Source: Polynucleobacter necessarius (GTDB lineage: Bacteria > Pseudomonadota > Gammaproteobacteria > Burkholderiales > Burkholderiaceae). Taken from it: a stretch of 32,000 nucleotides of DNA. The notes under the pieces are model-generated. The model made no database searches, had not been told where the DNA came from, and was given only the letters and a program-made list of their open reading frames with translations. A program made the translations under genes and the position numbers. Of the stretch, positions 28,885 to 32,000 are shown piece after piece (within the stretch, counting starts at the first letter, position 1; each line of letters begins with the position of its first letter). The stretch spans positions 1,415,879-1,447,878 of the forward strand of contig NZ_LT606950.1 of the NCBI RefSeq assembly GCF_900095195.1, in the 5' to 3' direction.

Positions 28885-30179
28885 ACAATCTTGAAATGCA
28901 TTGTTACCCAAATCAACAAAAGAACTGGGGCACCAATAACAGCTGTGCCATAGAAAAAAGCTTGATACCCAAAGTGATCAACAAATACACCCGAAAATCC
29001 TGCGAGCCACTTGGACAATAACAACATCATGGAGCTAAATAGAGCGTATTGAGTAGCCGAATATCGAATATTTGTGAGCGCCGATAGGAACGCTATAAAT
29101 GCTGCACTAGCAATCCCTGAGCTCAAGTTATCCGCCGATATTACCCAAATCAAGCCCTGCAGATCATGGCCTTGGTTTGCCAACCACGCAAACAATACAT
29201 TGCTCACGGCGGATAACACTGCGCCTAAAAATAAAATGCGCAAGACCCCAAAACGCAATGTCAGCACGCCACCAACAAATGCGCCGACCAAAGTCATCAC
29301 AACCCCAAATCCTTTGCTTACTGCAGCCACCTCATTTTTGGTGTAACCCATATCGACGTAGAACGGATTGGCCATGATTCCCATTACAACATCGCTAATG
29401 CGATAGATAGCAATCAACGCCAGTATCAAAACAGCATGCCAACGATATCGAGTGATAAATTCCGCAAAGGGCTCAATTAGAGTTTGATAGAGCCAATCTT
29501 TGGCATTGCAAGCTTGCGGTAGGGCATACGCTGCGGGCTCGGCACTAAGTAGGGCGGTTAAAACCCCAACGCCAATGGAGGCGGCCATACAAAGGTAAGC
29601 GAACTGCCATGCAGCGGCATCATAGCCACTGCCGATCTCCGCCCTTGCAGCAAGCCATAAAACTCCTGCTCCAGCCCAAATCAAAGCTAATCGATAACCC
29701 GTTTGGTAAGTCGCTGCTAGGGCCGCTTGATGATCGCTATTCGCAGATTCAATTCGGAATGCATCTAGGGCTATATCTTGAGTTGCAGAACCAAACGCAA
29801 CCAAGAGTGCGCACCAAACCATAGGATTGAGTGCAACTTTGGGATCCAATGTCGACATCCCCAGAAGACCCAAAATAATGAGTGCTTGCGCAAAAATCAG
29901 CCAACTTCTTCTACGACCGAATAATTTTGTAAGCACTGGAATTTGCAGGCGATCTACTAAAGGCGCCCAGACCCACTTAAATGCGTATATCAAGCCAACC
30001 CATGTGAGATACCCGATCGTGCTGCGATCGATACCGGCCTCACGCAACCAAAAACTGAGTGTTCCCAAAATGAGAAGTAATGGCAAGCCCGCGGAATACC
30101 CTAAAAAGAGCATTCTTAGACAAGGCCATTCGAGGTATACCCGAAAGTCTTTTAGCCAAGATTGAACTGCAGTGAACAC
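28860..30179 (-). CDS. ampG: AmpG-family muropeptide MFS permease
   Basis: 439 aa, highly hydrophobic multi-TM MFS-like protein. The AmpG-family assignment comes from sequence resemblance as recalled and from its position downstream of metX-metW. Confidence 0.85.
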   Translation of the reverse strand: MFTAVQSWLKDFRVYLEWPCLRMLFLGYSAGLPLLLILGTLSFWLREAGIDRSTIGYLTWVGLIYAFKWVWAPLVDRLQIPVLTKLFGRRRSWLIFAQALIILGLLGMSTLDPKVALNPMVWCALLVAFGSATQDIALDAFRIESANSDHQAALAATYQTGYRLALIWAGAGVLWLAARAEIGSGYDAAAWQFAYLCMAASIGVGVLTALLSAEPAAYALPQACNAKDWLYQTLIEPFAEFITRYRWHAVLILALIAIYRISDVVMGIMANPFYVDMGYTKNEVAAVSKGFGVVMTLVGAFVGGVLTLRFGVLRILFLGAVLSAVSNVLFAWLANQGHDLQGLIWVISADNLSSGIASAAFIAFLSALTNIRYSATQYALFSSMMLLLSKWLAGFSGVFVDHFGYQAFFYGTAVIGAPVLLLIWVTMHFKIVQIKKEDE

Positions 30180-30194
30180 CGGAGTATTGATTTT

Positions 30195-30785
30195 CTAGGC
30201 TCGGCGAACGCGAAACAATGCCAAACTTCCGAATAAATTTGGCAGCAATGCCACCTGTCGACCATCATGCAATATGCATTGATCAATCTCTTGTAGCCCA
30301 AGGCGAGAGGCAAGCTTCTCAAAATCTGCCACTGTTAATACGAGCACATTCGGCGTGTTGTACCACTGATATGGCAGACTCTTCGACACAGGCATGCGTC
30401 CCAACGCAACTGCCAAGCGGTGGGACCAATGGCCAAAATTTGGGAACGATACGATGGACTCTTTGCCAATACGCACCACTTCACGCAAGATCTTCTCAGT
30501 CTGATGAATTGTTTGCACGGTTTGCGAGAGAACAACGGTGTCAAAACTATTGACCTCAAATAATGCTAAACCGCCTTCTAAGTCTTGCTGGATAACGTTC
30601 AAACCTTTTTGAACGCATGACAAAGCTCGAGCATCATCAATCTCTACACCATAGGCGTGGACTGGTTTTTGCTTTTGTAAAAACTCCAAAAAGCTACCGT
30701 CACCACAACCAAGATCGAGCACCTGACTATTGGGCGCAATCCAATTTGCAATCGCAGCAAAGTCAGCGCGTTTATTCATCATCAT
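30195..30785 (-). CDS. metW: Methionine biosynthesis protein MetW
   Basis: 196 aa with a methyltransferase-like VLDLGCGDG motif. ATGA overlap with the metX stop (30782-30785). Confidence 0.9.
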   Translation of the reverse strand: MMMNKRADFAAIANWIAPNSQVLDLGCGDGSFLEFLQKQKPVHAYGVEIDDARALSCVQKGLNVIQQDLEGGLALFEVNSFDTVVLSQTVQTIHQTEKILREVVRIGKESIVSFPNFGHWSHRLAVALGRMPVSKSLPYQWYNTPNVLVLTVADFEKLASRLGLQEIDQCILHDGRQVALLPNLFGSLALFRVRRA

Positions 30786-31921
30786 ACCTGAACCTCACGC
30801 ATCTGCTTAAAGTACGCTCTAACTAAATTGTGATATCGAACGTCATCCAATAAAAAAGCATCGTGGCCATGAGGCGCATCAATCTCTGCATAGGTCACCT
30901 CACTCTTGTTGCTCAAAAGCGCTTGCGCGATCTCACGGCTTCGATTCGGCGGGAAGCGCCAGTCCGCAGAAAAACTCACGACTAAGAACTTTGCCTGTAC
31001 CTCAGCTAAGGCACGGTTCAAGCTACCATCGCAACGCCGGGCTGGATCAAAATAATCTAGAGCGCGAGTGATCAACAGGTACGTATTCGCATCAAAGTAC
31101 GTTGAGAATTTGTCACCTTGATGGCGCAAATAGCTCTCTACCTCAAACTCCACGTCAAAGCTAAAACTGTAGTCATTTGACTCTCCATTTGGACGCTGTA
31201 ATTCACGCCAAAACTTCTCTGCCATATCATCATCAGATAAGTAGGTAATGTGCCCAACCATGCGGGCCAATCGCAAAGCGCGCTTTGGAACAACAGCATG
31301 CTCGTAGTAGTTACCGCCATGAAAATCGGGGTCAGACAAAATAGCGTTGCGCGCAACTTCATTGAACGCAATATTTTGCGCGCTTAATTTAGGAGTATAG
31401 GCAATCACTACACAATGCTCTAAACGCTTCGGGAACTGAATTGCCCAAGCCATTGCCTGCATTCCACCCAAACTTCCACCCATCACTGCTGCAAACTTCC
31501 GAATGCCTAACTTGTCATCTAGGCGAGCTTGAGTATTGACCCAATCCTCTACAGTCACAACCGGAAAATCAGCGCCGTACGGCTTACCAGTGGCAGGGTT
31601 GATACTCATGGGGCCAGTAGAACCAAAGCAAGAGCCTAAGTTATTAACGCCGATGACAAAAAAATGATCGGTATCTGCTGGCTTACCAGGACCAATCATG
31701 TTGTCCAACCAGCCAATATCTTCTGGGTCTTCTGGGCTTGAGCCAGCGACATGATGTGACGCATTTAGGGCATGACAAACCAAAACGGCATTGCTCTTAT
31801 CGGCATTCAATTTGCCGTACGTTTCAATTACTAAGTTATAGCCAGATAATATTGCGCCGCTCTGTAAAGGCAGAGGCTCGGCAAAATGAATCGTGTTTCT
31901 AGAGAAGTGTAGCTCGCTCAT
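30782..31921 (-). CDS. metX: Homoserine O-acyltransferase MetX (acetyl- or succinyl-transferring)
   Basis: 379 aa alpha/beta hydrolase with nucleophile elbow [22 protein letters not shown], and C-terminal [12 protein letters not shown]. Confidence 0.93.
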   Translation of the reverse strand: MSELHFSRNTIHFAEPLPLQSGAILSGYNLVIETYGKLNADKSNAVLVCHALNASHHVAGSSPEDPEDIGWLDNMIGPGKPADTDHFFVIGVNNLGSCFGSTGPMSINPATGKPYGADFPVVTVEDWVNTQARLDDKLGIRKFAAVMGGSLGGMQAMAWAIQFPKRLEHCVVIAYTPKLSAQNIAFNEVARNAILSDPDFHGGNYYEHAVVPKRALRLARMVGHITYLSDDDMAEKFWRELQRPNGESNDYSFSFDVEFEVESYLRHQGDKFSTYFDANTYLLITRALDYFDPARRCDGSLNRALAEVQAKFLVVSFSADWRFPPNRSREIAQALLSNKSEVTYAEIDAPHGHDAFLLDDVRYHNLVRAYFKQMREVQV

Positions 31922-32000
31922 TCTGACAAGAGCAAACGCAGACTGACATCGGAAGCATCCGTTGGCAACTTCTTAAAACCACTACGAGCAAAACGATGCC

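Noticed and set aside
31922-32000. Possible regulatory RNA upstream of metX (alternative GCAUC/GGAUGC and CAUCG/CGAUG pairings, repeated UGUCAG)
   Set aside because: Only 79 nt are inside the window, the helices are 5 bp, and no known SAM-riboswitch core could be recognised. The data are too truncated to support a call.
1-32000. Mobile elements, CRISPR arrays, prophage, toxin-antitoxin or defence islands
   Set aside because: I saw no repeat-spacer periodicity, terminal inverted repeats, transposase, integrase or nuclease-like ORFs, or tRNA attachment sites. Every ORF above about 100 aa that is not antisense is accounted for by a housekeeping family.

Overview
This window is a densely packed, AT-rich housekeeping region. 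Its gene order looks betaproteobacterial (Burkholderiales); my guess from memory is Polynucleobacter, which I cannot confirm without a database search. I call 25 apparently intact protein genes: SDR, dsbA, SPOR protein, argS, DUF1840, a two-gene split metH, glmS, glmU, ttcA, folB, MidA-like methyltransferase, cca, NDUFA9-like SDR, slt, 5-formyl-THF cyclo-ligase, metF, ahcY, metK, dapF, pyrE, xthA, ampG, metW and metX. There are also 4 clearly disrupted genes: cfa, a folB-adjacent pteridine-reductase-like SDR, and two tandem LpxL/HtrB-family lipid A late acyltransferases. I found no tRNA or rRNA genes, CRISPR arrays, transposases, integrases, or toxin or defence-like loci, and I cannot support any new multi-gene system here. 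Three observations stand out. (1) Four of 29 loci are pseudogenes within an otherwise compact core region. The lesions include nonsense codons and an 8-bp tandem duplication, which cannot be homopolymer sequencing errors; this fits a host-restricted lineage undergoing gene loss. (2) An unannotated SAH riboswitch with a terminator-like expression platform sits in front of ahcY-metF. (3) Several protein-level oddities appear: a lysine-rich tail on GlmU, a CCA enzyme lacking HD-domain ligands, and loss of the catalytic Lys in an NDUFA9-like SDR. Methyl-cycle genes (metH x2, MTHFS, metF, ahcY, metK, metW, metX) are unusually concentrated in the window. All family assignments rest on motifs read from the translations plus recalled family knowledge. 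No searches were run.
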